From Octopus bimaculoides (Eukaryota): 64,000 nucleotides of DNA. A model generated the notes under the pieces. The model worked only from the letters and a program-made list of their open reading frames with translations. It was not told where the DNA came from and ran no database searches. The DNA lies in contig NC_068982.1 of assembly GCF_001194135.2 (NCBI RefSeq), positions 116,296,130 through 116,360,129 of the forward strand, read 5' to 3'. Shown here in pieces: positions 39,604 to 53,277 of this stretch (position 1 is the stretch's first letter; each line of letters opens with the position of its first letter). Both the position numbers and the translations under genes were made by a program.

Positions 39604-40344
39604 TATATTTATATATACAATGGGTTTCTTTCAGTTTTCATTTACCAAATCCACTCACAAGGCTTTGGTTGGCCAGAGGCTATAGTAGAAGATACCTGCC
39701 TAATGTGGCACGCAGTGGGACTGAACCCAAAACCATCACGTTGGGAAGCAAGCTTCTTACCACACAGCCACTCATAGCATATAGATTTGGTAAAAAGGGA
39801 TATATTACTGGTATTTAATCTATACACTTTACTCAATAAAAGAATTAAAAAGCGCTGAGGAAACTGGTGTGATTTGCACCCAAAAGTGTTTTGTGACAAA
39901 TATCTTTGATATTTCACATTATACATTCTGCATAACCGCTTCAGAGCCAGAAGCATTTCAGTCCTACTCAACACCAGTACTTTTTACACTCCAGGGATGA
40001 AACTCTTAATACTTAGAATGTTTGGATTCAAGGATTTAAGTATTTTTTTCTTTATCTGTAACTTATACATTGATACTTGTCATATCTCATAAGGGATTTC
40101 CTTTGAAGAATCGGGTAAAAATGTATGAGAAGTGATATGTGTGCATACAAATACACATATATACAAACATATAAATACACATATATGTATATGTATATTT
40201 AATAAATAATTATATACACACACACACACATATATAAAAGAAAATGGTACAACAATGCACCAGTATTTACTGGAAATAGCAACACTGCTGTATATTGCAT
40301 TATTTTATATATATATATATACATGCATATATATGTATATACAT

Positions 40345-41110
40345 GCTTCGAAACGCCGGTGTTAAAACGGGGGTAGCTGATGAAGGAAAATGTTCTCTAT
40401 GTGGCTTGTGTGTTTTCTGTACTCTGGTTATTATTATTTTCTTGTCTACGTTTTGTTTGCAATGTCCTGTACCCAGATATGCACCTATATATACAGGTAG
40501 ACGTAGGTATGCACATACCTGTACGTATATATGCATATACTCATTTATTATTTATATATACGTCTTTTCACTTCAGTGTCCCTGTCATTTTTTCTCGCCC
40601 TTCCTTATTTCTTCTGTCCCGCTGCCTCTACCTCTCTCTTCTATCCCCACGTGACCAGTGTTTAGCCAAGCCTGACCTTTGTTGGTTTGGTCGCCGTCCG
40701 TGCAACATCTATATTCCTCCCTGTGCCTGTGAAATCTTGTATCCCTGCCATAAGGCTTTACTTTCACACATGCCAGCTTAATTTAATTTGTCCTTAGTTG
40801 AAAGACACCTGTTGTTATGTCTTGTTATTTGTATTTGTGTAACATTCTCCATTTTAGTTTTTCGTCCTTGTTTGGTATACATTCGCTGCTTTCTTCCAAG
40901 GAATCTAATGCTCTTAGTTTAGTTTTTCCTTGGGGCTGGCCAGATTGGAGCAATCTCGAGTATAACCAGCCAAAATTGCAACGATAATCTGGAACTCGAC
41001 TGAGGAAAGAAAACTCCGAATGACCCGTCCTTGTTTTCTTGGTATCGTCTATCTGGATGTTTTGTTGTCCCTTTTTTGTATCACCTGTCTGGATATTTTA
41101 CGTTTTTGTC
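40345..41110. repeat. Unclassified interspersed repeat (5' part repeated at about 60922-61079)
   Basis: CGAAACGCCGGTGTTAAAACG...GCTGATGAAG...CCCAGATATGCACCTAT present at both loci. Confidence 0.7.
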
Positions 41111-41949
41111 CCATTTTGTATTTGATATATATATCGTCATCATCATCATCGTCGTTTAACGTCCGCTTTCCATGCTAGCATGGGTTGGACGATTTTACTG
41201 AGGACTGGTGCAACTGAAATAATCCAATCTAATTTGGCAGAGTTTCTACAGCTGGATGCCCTTCCTAACGNNNNNNNNNNNNNNNNNNNNNNNNNNNNNN
41301 NNNNNNNNNNNNNNNNNNNNNNNNNNNNNNNNNNNNNNNNNNNNNNNNNNNNNNNNNNNNNNNNNNNNNNTTTTTACTAGGTGGCACTTACTGCCCATAT
41401 TGCATGTTTTTCTTTCATTTATACATTGCATGCATGATTCACACGAGTGTACATTTCATTTCTTTCATTTTTCTTTGTGTGTGTTTTGTGCTACATCTTG
41501 TGGGTGGTTTTCAGTGGCCATCCTGCCTCAGGCGTTCTAACAGATTTCATTTATCGTGCGTTTCTCGCACTGGCGAGGGAGCCCTGTAGTAACGCCGTGC
41601 GCATGCGTAGTCTCATGCATGCGTGGAATTAAACAGCCAAGCGTTCCCGCTTAATTCTACCTCTTTTACGGTCGGCCGACCATGAGCATTGGACGTGTTA
41701 AGCTGTCTCTCTACATCTTTCGGACTTACACTCGACAGCTCGCTTACACCTACAGAAGCTGTAACAACAAGAACTAAAGATGTATATATTTACCACCTGA
41801 ATAAAGTGTTGTTTAGATTGATAGTCTGGAGTTCAGCGTTCCGTTATATTCTTAATTTTATAGTAGGAAAGTCAGGTATACATCTAAAGATGTATAACCC
41901 ACTTTCTACTAAAATTACATACGAGTTGTTGTTTACTCCATATGAGTTG

Positions 41950-42300
41950 TTATTTATCCTGTTGCTCCAATAGATGATGGAATGTATGTATGTATGTATG
42001 TCGGCAGAAACCAAGGCTGTGCTTTACGGACTTTATCAAGTCCTCATTAAAGGCCTGTGATATGCAGGACACTGACTGGGAGAACAATGCCTGTCATCGC
42101 CACGGATGGAGGAAGCAGGTTAAGGAGGGGATCGACACTTTTGAGAGAGCACGTATCCAGCATGAAGAACTTAAGCGAGCTGCGTGAAAGTGCACGGCTC
42201 ATATAGTGAATGGGGAAAGCTTAATCTGCAATGTTTACAGTCGTGTATGCTTGTCAAGAGCAGGGCTCATTAGCCACCAACGGAGCCACAAATGCAAAAT
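41950..42300 (+). mobile_element. RTE(BovB-like) LINE 3' remnant with one C2H2 finger
   Basis: KPRLCFTDFIKSSLKAC...WENNACHRHGWRKQVKEG...CNVYSRVCLSRAGLISHQRSH. Confidence 0.75.
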
Positions 42301-43018
42301 ATAAGTTAGTCCTAGAGCGTACAATGTTCCTGAAGGCCGGCAATGTTCTTCCTCGGTCACGAGTGGACGGCCATCATGTATGCATGTATGTATGAATGAT
42401 TATTTTCCTTTTAAATTCTTGAGAGAGTTCAAGCCGGTCGCTGACAAAGCAATTACACTTTTTGAGTTAAGGGAGTTTCCGATGTTTGTAAATATGCTGT
42501 GGAGTTGGTGTGCTGGTTGTGTTGTCGATGTATACACTCTAGTGCGTGGATCTATTCACCTGAAGAATCTCAGATGGAGAATCTTTGGAATGTCTTACAA
42601 ATCTTCATTGTGCATCATTCTCTTCTGCTCTTTCTTCGAAAAACCTTGTAATTTTAGGTTTTTGTGTAAATTTGTTGGTACATAGCCTAATGCACCCGTG
42701 ATGATAAGTACAAATGAGAATTTTAAAGTCAGGGTACAAGTGATGTAAATTCCGCATTAACTTCCTGGACTTTTGATTGTACATTCACATCCGCTGGGTA
42801 GCTCGCCTCTGCCATAGTGCATGATTTTTGTTCGACCCCAGTATATATTATTTTTTTTTAAAGCCTGGCACTTATTCTGTTGATCTGTTTTGCCGAATCA
42901 CTATATTACGGGTACGCAGAAGAACCACACGCACGCACATATACACACACACATGCACAAATGTAGCAGGTTGACTCGGTTGGGACTAGGCTGACGTTGT
43001 TGTTCTCTGAGAGGTTTT

Positions 43019-43095
43019 ATTGTAACACTTTATCTTGTCGACTATTGTAACACTTTATCTTGTCGACTATTGTAACACTTTATCTTGTCGACTAT
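43019..43095. repeat. 25-bp tandem repeat (TATTGTAACACTTTATCTTGTCGAC x3 plus a partial unit)
   Basis: Read directly from the sequence. Confidence 0.9.
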
Positions 43096-46020
43096 TGTAA
43101 CACTTTTACTGTCGAGTAAAAGCAACCAAAGTCCTCTTTGTTACCTAATGTCTTACCCGGTCCCTACTAACTCCAGTTTACCCTTCTATTATGTCGGCTG
43201 TCTTACTTACCTACCATCCCCTTCCCCATCTGGCATGTGCTACCAGGGTATATAAAGTTGGTTGCGGCTTGTCTCTAACTTGCATTTCTTCATCGATTGC
43301 CTGACTACTTGTTTGCTCTATGTTTGCCTTATAAACCGTACCTGCTGGTTACATCTGTAGTGTGTGATGTTATGTGCTGTCGAAAACTGAAACATATGTA
43401 AGAATTGGAATAAATCAGTATCAAGTTAGGCCCATGTTCTTTTCTCTTATATGCATTTATCTTTTATTTTTCTCTCGTTTCTGTCATTAGACTGCGGCCA
43501 TGTTGGGGCAATGCACTGGAGAACTTTAGTCGAAAATGTTGACTCCAGCACTTTTTAAAAAGACCTTATACTTATTCTATCGATCAGTTTTGCCGAACCG
43601 CAAAGTTATAGGAGCGTAAACACACCAAAACCGGTAGTCAAGCGGTGGTGGTGGACAAATGTAGACATAAAGGGACCTTCCCCATATATATATATATATA
43701 TANNNNNNNNNNNNNNNNNNNNNNNNNNNNNNNNNNNNNNNNNNNNNNNNNNNNNNNNNNNNNNNNNNNNNNNNNNNNNNNNNNNNNNNNNNNNNNNNNN
43801 NNNNNNNNNNNNNNNNNNNNNNNNNNNNNNNNNNNNNNNNNNNNNNNNNNNNNNNNNNNNNNNNNNNNNNNNNNNNNNNNNNNNNNNNNNNNNNNNNNNN
43901 NNNNNNNNNNNNNNNNNNNNNNNNNNNNNNNNNNNNNNNNNNNNNNNNNNNNNNNNNNNNNNNNNNNNNNNNNNNNNNNNNNNNNNNNNNNNNNNNNNNN
44001 NNNNNNNNNNNNNNNNNNNNNNNNNNNNNNNNNNNNNNNNNNNNNNNNNNNNNNNNNNNNNNNNNNNNNNNNNNNNNNNNNNNNNNNNNNNNNNNNNNNN
44101 NNNNNNNNNNNNNNNNNNNNNNNNNNNNNNNNNNNNNNNNNNNNNNNNNNNNNNNNNNNNNNNNNNNNNNNNNNNNNNNNNNNNNNNNNNNNNNNNNNNN
44201 NNNNNNNNNNNNNNNNNNNNNNNNNNNNNNNNNNNNNNNNNNNNNNNNNNNNNNNNNNNNNNNNNNNNNNNNNNNNNNNNNNNNNNNNNNNNNNNNNNNN
44301 NNNNNNNNNNNNNNNNNNNNNNNNNNNNNNNNNNNNNNNNNNNNNNNNNNNNNNNNNNNNNNNNNNNNNNNNNNNNNNNNNNNNNNNNNNNNNNNNNNNN
44401 NNNNNNNNNNNNNNNNNNNNNNNNNNNNNNNNNNNNNNNNNNNNNNNNNNNNNNNNNNNNNNNNNNNNNNNNNNNNNNNNNNNNNNNNNNNNNNNNNNNN
44501 NNNNNNNNNNNNNNNNNNNNNNNNNNNNNNNNNNNNNNNNNNNNNNNNNNNNNNNNNNNNNNNNNNNNNNNNNNNNNNNNNNNAGACCTTCTATTTATAA
44601 ATGTTCTAAAATCTTCACAGCCTTGGTTTTTTTTTTATCTCATTCTGAAAAGAATTTCGTTCGTCTCTCGAATTTGTCAAATATTTAATAAGTTCGAAAG
44701 ACGAACGAAAGCGTTAATATGAAGATATAATAAAATAAAAAAGAAAATTTTTCTCCCAAATTCTGACGACTTTTTTCAATATTCAGTTCTGTACATCACA
44801 CCTAACACACTCTCTCTCTACACACACATATATATTATATATTGTTATATTTCAGGACGGTCATTTTTTTAAAATTAAAAAATAATTTTTTTACCAAATT
44901 AACACACGCACTATATATTCGTTCTTCACTATATATTGTTCTTATTTTATCTTATGTCCATTGTCCGGAAATCTTTCGTCACACATCTGTGACCTCTTCA
45001 GCGACCCTTTCCGTCCACATGTATCCTCCTTCCTGCTCTGCTTTATCCATTCTGTCCTATGATGTGTATTCTTATGTGTGCATGCGTTTGCGTCTCTGTG
45101 TGTGTGTGCGCGTGCGTGTGCTTTCGCGTGTCTATGTTTCACGTGTGCTAGTACGTGTCTATATGGGCGTGCCCTTTATGTTATTGTTGTTCTTAGTGGT
45201 ACTTTCACCCTTCCCTCACCTGCGTATTCTCTTATGTTGCTGCTACTGCTGTTCTTGACTCTTTTGTATCTTTCTGTGTTTGTTCGTTAATGTTGTTGAT
45301 ATCATTGTTGTTATTTTGTTGTTGTTGTTTGTTTTGCTGTTGTTGTTGCGGCCGTTTGTGAAGTTACTATATGTGTGTGTTTGTTTACAATGTTGTTTGT
45401 ATCCCTGCCATTTATATAGCTGTTTTTTTTTTGTTTACTTATTTATCTCTATATCTTATATCTATCATAGGTATGTGCACGTTTGTCTTTTTTATGTGTA
45501 TTACATTTCATTTGTATCCGTGTCCTGTCTTTAGTCGTCGTGTTGCATAGTGTTGTAATGTATGTATGTGTGTGTGGGGGGGGGGGGNNNNNNNNNNGGG
45601 GGGGGGGTGTTATTGTTCCATTCGTGTTTTCTGTTGAGGCTCGGTCTGTCTATTTTATGCCTGTAGCTTCTGTAATCTTTCTAAGTGTCGTGTCAGTTCT
45701 ATGCATTGATAATACCTTAAACTCTATGTTATTAACTGAGCCTCAATGTTCTACTTGAGCATGCTGGTTGAGCACTGACGATCTTTTCCTCTCTTTGAGC
45801 TCCCGTCAATGCCGCGCCTATTTGCTGTCCTATGCTCAGTGCCGTCTCCTCAATGTAAGTTGTTGTTTCGTGTCTGCAACTTTCCTCAGTACACTATAAG
45901 CTATAAACAACATTCCTAATCTTACAGTTAACCTGTGGGTTCACCCTACATACTATACAATTGTTCTCCGTACATGGGGACCTATCGAAGTGATATCTAT
46001 CTATCTATCTATCTATCTAT

Positions 46021-46086
<66 letters not shown>

Positions 46087-46281
46087 GAAAATCTTATATG
46101 TGTTTTAATGGTAATGTAAACCACACATCTGCACATTTGTGTGTGTGTATGTATATATATATATATATATATATTTCACTTGAAGCATTGCGTATTGTTT
46201 GTAAACAATAATAATGAATGTTTTGAATGACATGATTAAATTACATTCAGTGCATTGTTGTGCCATTCTAAACACATTATC

Positions 46282-46323
<42 letters not shown>

Positions 46324-46639
46324 AACAATGATTGCTTCATCTTGACAGATGATAGCCGTCCCATCAACACACACACCACACAAGGGAGTATACTGGACAG
46401 CACTGCTCCCTCACTATTCAATGGTACACCCTCAAATTTACCGTGATACACTTATTTCGAATGTCTACTTTAACATTATTACAACTTAGTGTCCACTCAG
46501 GATATTCTGATATCCTGGGTAGACACTAATATCCTGATATCCTGGCACCAAAGTCTGACGGCGGACCTGCATATATATATATTAATATATATATCCTTTT
46601 TTTTTTCACCCTTTTAAAGCTTAGCCAGGCTTTCAATGG

Positions 46640-46795
46640 CGTAATCCCCAGCTGGACGGGACGCCAGTCCATCGCAGCGTTACTCATTTTTGCCAGCTGA
46701 GTGGACTGGAGCAACGTGAAATGAAGTGTTTTGCTCAAAAACACGTATCGCCCGGTCCAGGAATCGAAACCACAATCTTTCGAATACGCGCCTCC
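46640..46795 (-). mobile_element. SINE with V-domain-like core (related copy about 54325-54455 +)
   Basis: GCTGCGATGGACTGGCGTCCCGTCCAGCTGGG preceded by a tRNA-like head. Confidence 0.6.
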
Positions 46796-46940
46796 ACATA
46801 TCTATATATAATAGAATGTATATACGTAAGCATGCATTTATATGTTTATGTATGAATATCATCAACAACAATGAGTGCACAAATAACATATATATATATA
46901 CGTATGGGTGTAAACCTTTGGTTGTTTTTATTATACTCAC

Positions 46941-47028
46941 TTCCGATTCTGAAGTAGTGCTCACATCACGCAGAAACCAACAAAGTGGGGCATACAATAT
47001 GTTGACAACAGCGATTGACCTCAATAAC
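46941..47028 (-). CDS. SLC18A: SLC18-like exon (TM12): LLRSIAVVNILYAPLCWFLRDVSTTSESE
   Basis: Acceptor ttatcattgggcag, donor gtgagt; 88 nt (phase 2 to 0). Matches VMAT LMxIxGxINIxYAPLCxxLRSPPAKEEKM. Confidence 0.92.
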
Positions 47029-49973
47029 CTGCCCAATGATAAACGAAACACAGTGTCAGTGGAAAACAAGTGACTAATAATAACTTAATTTCTTTTACAC
47101 AGGAAAATCTCATGTTAGGTATGTAGGCGTGTGAGTGTTTGGGTGTGCGGATGTTAGTCTATGCTTTGTTTACTTCTTATTTTTTAACAGAAAAAAATAT
47201 CACTGCTTTAATGTTTTTTTTAATTTTTAATTTCATTATTTTGTTCAAACTACTGAAAAAATGCCACCAACCCTAACCCTAACTTTGATGTTTTGGGGTT
47301 TTGTACAGTTGTGTGAATTTTGCTGTCATTGTGTACAAGTCATAAATATTCTTTTCTACTCTAGGCACAAGGCCCATAATGTTTGGGGAGGGGGCCAGTC
47401 GATTAGATCGACCCCAGTACGCAACTGATATTTTATTTATCGACTCCGAAAGGATGAAAAGCAAAGTTGACCTCGGCAGAATTTGAATTCAGAAGTTAAA
47501 GACAGACGAAATACCGCTAAGCATTTCGCCCGGCTTGCAAACGTTTCTTATTTCTTTATTGCNNNNNNNNNNNNNNNNNNNNNNNNNNNNNNNNNNNNNN
47601 NNNNNNNNNNNNNNNNNNNNNNNNNNNNNNNNNNNNNNNNNNNNNNNNNNNNNNNNNNNNNNNNNNNNNNNNNNNNNNNNNNNNNNNNNNNNNNNNNNNN
47701 NNNNNNNNNNNNNNNNNNNNNNNNNNNNNNNNNNNNNNNNNNNNNNNNNNNNNNNNNNNNNNNNNNNNNNNNNNNNNNNNNNNNNNNNNNNNNNNNNNNN
47801 NNNNNNNNNNNNNNNNNNNNNNNNNNNNNNNNNNNNNNNNNNNNNNNNNNNNNNNNNNNNNNNNNNNNNNNNNNNNNNNNNNNNNNNNNNNNNNNNNNNN
47901 NNNNNNNNNNNNNNNNNNNNNNNNNNNNNNNNNNNNNNNNNNNNNNNNNNNNNNNNNNNNNNNNNNNNNNNNNNNNNNNNNNNNNNNNNNNNNNNNNNNN
48001 NNNNNNNNNNNNNNNNNNNNNNNNNATATATTTAATCCAGGAACATAACTTATATTTTTGAAATACATTTCAAAGAAAAAGAAAATTATTTGCACAATCA
48101 CTTCGACTATTTTGGTGTTTAAAACCAGTGGTTCTTAACATATGCGATAACACGTCTCTGCTGTTGACTCACAATTGTCAACAGCACGCCCAGGGACATT
48201 GGATATTGAGAATTTTGACTTTTCGTTGAAATAAAATGTTTAAACTAGGAACATTACTTATATTTTAAAAATATATTTCAAAGAAAAAGAAGTTTTTGTT
48301 GAAATTAGAATATAAATAAGACACGTATTATAAGTGAGCAAAAAAAAAAAAAAAAGACATGATGTTCATATCCAAATATAATTTCATTTCACAAGACCTT
48401 GTGCCAAAATTGGAAACCATTATATAAGATCTCGGCTTGTTTATGTAATTTACATCAAGAGTTAATGTAAGAAGCATTGCACCAAGCAAATACACTGCAC
48501 AAAATCAGTTTGTTTTATTAAAATAATCTGTAGTTTTATTGTTTTGCTTTTTATTTTCAGTGCACCATACGGCGTTGAACTACGAAAGTCTGAGGATCAC
48601 TATTGTAAATATTGTAAGTGAATTATGTAATTATAGCTAGGGTAACAGGAAAAAATACAAACTTTAAGCAGTGTGCTGCCCTTGTTCTACTTGAATCTTG
48701 GTACATCCGACACTACAAAAACCCTGTGATATCTCTTTTCTATAGGTGTCCTAAGTACGCTTTATTTCATTTAAAGTTTAATATGGATCTCGCTGTTCAT
48801 AACTTAGAGTGAGACATACGACTGTTTATTTGATATACATTGTGACATGATTTGATACTGCTGAAGAAGGTTAGGTTTATATGTTTTATTTGGAAGGTCT
48901 ATTCGTTATATCTTATTTATGGTGTCAATGCAAACGTAGCTTGAAGTATTTATGGCGGTTTAACGTCAAGTCTTGATAGAAGTTGCTAAGTGTTTAGGTG
49001 ACGTATGAATGATACATGTATATGGAAGGTAAATAAGTGAAAAGTGATATCCACTGCATAGAATATTTGTTGTTGAAAGTAATAGCATAGCGGGAAATAT
49101 GGTATAGTAGGAAGGCAGCATAGGCAATTCCAAGAGAAAGAGAGAATAATCGTCCAAGTACTTCATTTATCGACTTTGGATGTTGACTTTAGCGGGATTG
49201 AATTCAGGGTAAAGAGAGTCAGAACAGATATTGCATATCATTCTATCCAACGCTTTAATGACTGCCTATTATCAATAGTAATACGTAATAGTTTTGTATT
49301 TAACTTCCTATATTCTCATAACTATTGACTGCAAGTGTTTGAAGAAATATTAATCGACTAATATTTGATTGGTACATATTTTTAATCCAAGAGGGATAAA
49401 AAGACCAATTCATCCAAGCAGAATATGAATCAGCTAATATTTTATGGGTACTTATTTTTCGACTCTGGACTGGAGGAATAAACAAAAATGCATTATCCCG
49501 GCAGGATTTGAACCCAGGATGATATATGGTTGTTGTTGGCACTCCATCGCTTACGACGTCGAGGGTTCCAGTTAATCTGACCAACGGAACAGCCTGCTCG
49601 TAAAATTAACGTGCAAGTGGCTGAGAGCTCCACAGACACGTGTACCCTTAACGTAGTTCTCGGGGATATTCAGCGTGACACAGAGTGTGACAAGGCTGAC
49701 CCTTTGAATTACAGGCACAACAGAAACAGGAAGTAAGAGTGAGAGAAAGCTGTGGTGAAAGAGTACAGTAGGGTTCGCCACCATCCCCTGCCGGAGCCTC
49801 GTGGAGCTTCAGGTGTTTTCGCTCAATAAACACTCACAACGCCCGGTCTGGGAATCGAAACCGCGAGTCCGCTGCCCTAACCACTGGGCCATTGCGCCTC
49901 CACGATATATGGTATACAGTTCAGTATTCTACTCTACGTCATTGCAGCTCGTCATTGTTGTAAACATTACTTA

Positions 49974-52332
49974 TCTCTATATATATAAATCAGATGTCTG
50001 TGTGTGTGTGTGTATGGTTGTTATGCATGTCCACATTTTTCAGCCGTTTTCGCTCAACCATGACACACTGATAGCTTATGCTTCAAAGGTGGTCATGACC
50101 TACTTTATATTTTCCAAACACCCTGCGTATAACCAAACACCGCGAATAACTATTCAGAAAACCAGTTTTTTGCCCCTAACTTGTTTTTTCGAGCGATTTC
50201 CTCGAAATCTGACACGAACATTACACATGACAAAAGAATTGTTTTGCTTAAAATTTTTGTCAAGGTCAACCATGTTAATTGTGAAAAATCCGCGGTTTCC
50301 AACCGATTCGCTCCAAATTTGGCACAAACGTCACTTATGCTTTAAGAATTGTTTTAAACCTATGTTTTTGTCAAGTCGATCTTCGTTGAATGGAAAAAGT
50401 CTCGGAATAACTGCGTAAAATTCGGTTTTTCCGCAGTTCCAAAACTAATTTGTTCCATATTTGGCAAGAATATTACCCATGCTTAATTGACTGTTTTACA
50501 CTAATGTTTTGTCAAGTTTATTTGCATTAAATTTGCTATTTACTGTATTAACATTGGGTTTTTGCTTACAACTTCTGCCATTTACTCATGCACCAAGGAT
50601 TGTGGGGCAGTTTTACCTCGCTGATTTGATCTGTATACATTAGTGCTTACTTAAAATACCCCCTATTATCGACTACGGTCATGATGCCCCACCACCTCAC
50701 TTCAGCACAAACTTTCTTTAATTACACTCCGCTCATAGTGATAACATGGAGTGAACTGTGAGCATGACCTTTGACATGTGGGTGTGAACACTATTAATGT
50801 GCATCCACCTTTTTTTATTTGTGTACATTAGTGTTTACTTAAACCACTCCCTATTATCACCTACGGCCATGATGGCTCCTCCCCCTTCAGCCTTTTATTT
50901 GGTGTGAATGATTGCTTTTACCACGTCCTTAGTGTTTACTCCCCCACCCATTATCGCCGACAATCATAACGCCCCCTTTTCACCAACATTTTTCTTAATT
51001 ACATTATGTCAATAGTCTGTCAAAAAGGGGTGAACTGCGAACATGACCTTTGACCTATACGCATGAACACTATTGATTGTCCACTGTAACGAACCTGTCC
51101 AATTAATTCTTTAATTGAATTTCTTTGGTAGAACACTGTTCACCTGATCATGCCAGTGTCAAATCGTAATTATTGATGCACTTTTGTGCATATCTGATAC
51201 GTGCTTCAGCTTACAGGTTAGGCCTGCCATTTGACGTACATTATTACTTTAACTTCATGCTTCCTGTTGAAATTATTCGTTGTCCCCATACGCCATTAAG
51301 TTAACTCCTTCATACTGTTTCTGCCTACAAGTTTTTAGCTTACGCGTCATTAAAGAATATTGTATTCAGTGTCGTTGTGTCCACATAGCTAACTGTCTGT
51401 CCCTGCTTCCACCTTTTTTTGAATAATACGTTTAGTAGGTTCACTTTTTATATATCATGCCAAATTTGTTTTTCTGTGTCCCTTTTTGCCCGTTTTTTAA
51501 AACTCGCAATTTAAACATAGTCCAATACTACCGCCATACCAACTAAGAAAAGAACGCGCCTTAGTCGTAAAACAGAGCCTGCTTCGGCTGCCAAAAGAAG
51601 GAGGGCAAGCCACGTTTCTCTCATGGCCAGTTATATGTCGGATGCTCCAGAGTTGGAAGCAAACAAAATCTAGTCGTACTTACTCCTAATGGCAAAACTA
51701 AAAATGTGGTCTACAGAGAGGTGTTGGAAGGAATTCCAACCTTCCAACACCTCTTTTCAAATTCGTGAGCCTCTGTGCCTCCACTACACCAGTGCAACTT
51801 TGCAGACCTGATATGTGGTGAGTGCTATTGCAGTCATGCTTTCAAAGTTACTAACTTTCCTCAACCATGTTTCTTGTCCAACCTAGGTTTGTCATCTATT
51901 TTCACAGAGTTTACATTTAAACAGTTTCGTTGCTTTCGGTGTAAACGAAAAAAAGGCCCTTTTCAGGGCCACTTTACATACAATTGTTACACCACCTGAG
52001 AACACATTACAGTCCTTTTCAGGGCTTTTTATCAAATTGTTACCGCTGTGAGTATGACAAAAAAAGTCTTTTGCAGGGCTACTTTACCCGTGATTGTTAC
52101 ACCATCTTAGAACGCATTAAAGCTCTTCTCAGGACTTCGTATCAAAATGTTACTGCTTGGCTTCAGCGGTACCCGGCGACCAATTTTGTTACAATTTGTT
52201 ATAACTTTGTTACAATAAGCGATCAATTTTGTTACAATTTGGCGTTAACATTATTTATGACATAAGAAATTTACTAAGTATCAAAAACATTGTAGTATTT
52301 GAACTCCGAGCAATACCGGGTATTTCTGCTAG
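49974..52332 (+). mobile_element. Complete non-autonomous Helitron with internally deleted RepHel
   Basis: A|TCTCTATATATATAAA 5' end; CCGAGCAATACCGGG...CTAG|T 3' end; helicase C-terminus FSHGQLYVGCSRVG...TKNVVYREVL at 51610-51727. Confidence 0.85.
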
Positions 52333-53223
52333 TTGTAAATAAACAAGATTTCAAAACAGTTCGAATTAATGGAGCATAAATAAAGCAATGACGCACAGAA
52401 AAAAAAAAAAAAACCCCGAAATGTATTTGAAAATATATTGAACAATAAATTAGGTGATCGCTCGACTTACTGCACATAATAGCCAAATCACTCTCAAATG
52501 AAAGGCTACTGAGTTGTTTTTTTACATGTAAATTCTTATTTTTAAAGGTGCGACATCTTGTATGTTCACTTTTAGTCCCAGGTCTGCTCAAAATTAAATA
52601 TACATACATCAAGGGGATTCCAGACATGACCATTTCATCATTTTTTTCATACATGATATGTTTATAACTTAATTCATCCGATGTATTCTTCCTTAATTTT
52701 AAGACTAAATGGTCCTTTTAAAAAATATTTGGCTGCTATTTCAAACAGGACCCTTGTTGATTCGGTATGTCATTTGTTTTCTCTCATTCTGTCCAATAAA
52801 TATCTATATTTTCACGCACGTCCATATGCTGTTTTATATTTACGTAACGCGGTATGTCGGTTTGAATACTTTATATTATAGATTAATTACGCTGGTTCAA
52901 TGCTATGCATTTTTGTAAAGAAAATTAAGTAGATAAAAAACGATCCCACTACTTGACCTGTACTATATTTTATCGACCTTGGAAAGATGAAAGACAAAGT
53001 TGTCTTCGGTGACATTTGAACTCGCACCGTAATGTATATTAGTGACAAGAAGATTATAAAGAGTAACATTTCGCCAGTGTTAATCAATTTAACTGGGATT
53101 AAGGATAAAAAAGGGATTTATATAATCGAAACTGGGCTGCCAAATTAATTAATTTCATCATAAAAGCTGACAATTTAAAAAATGTAACGGATTGTGTTAA
53201 AAGAGAGAGATAGATAGATAGAT

Positions 53224-53277
<54 letters not shown>

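Noticed and set aside
43019-43095. CRISPR-like array
   Set aside because: Contiguous tandem units without spacers, in a eukaryotic context.
48561-48613. Plus-strand exon-like segment (ttttattttcag...gtaagt) antisense in the transporter intron
   Set aside because: Isolated, with no partner exons or recognisable product.
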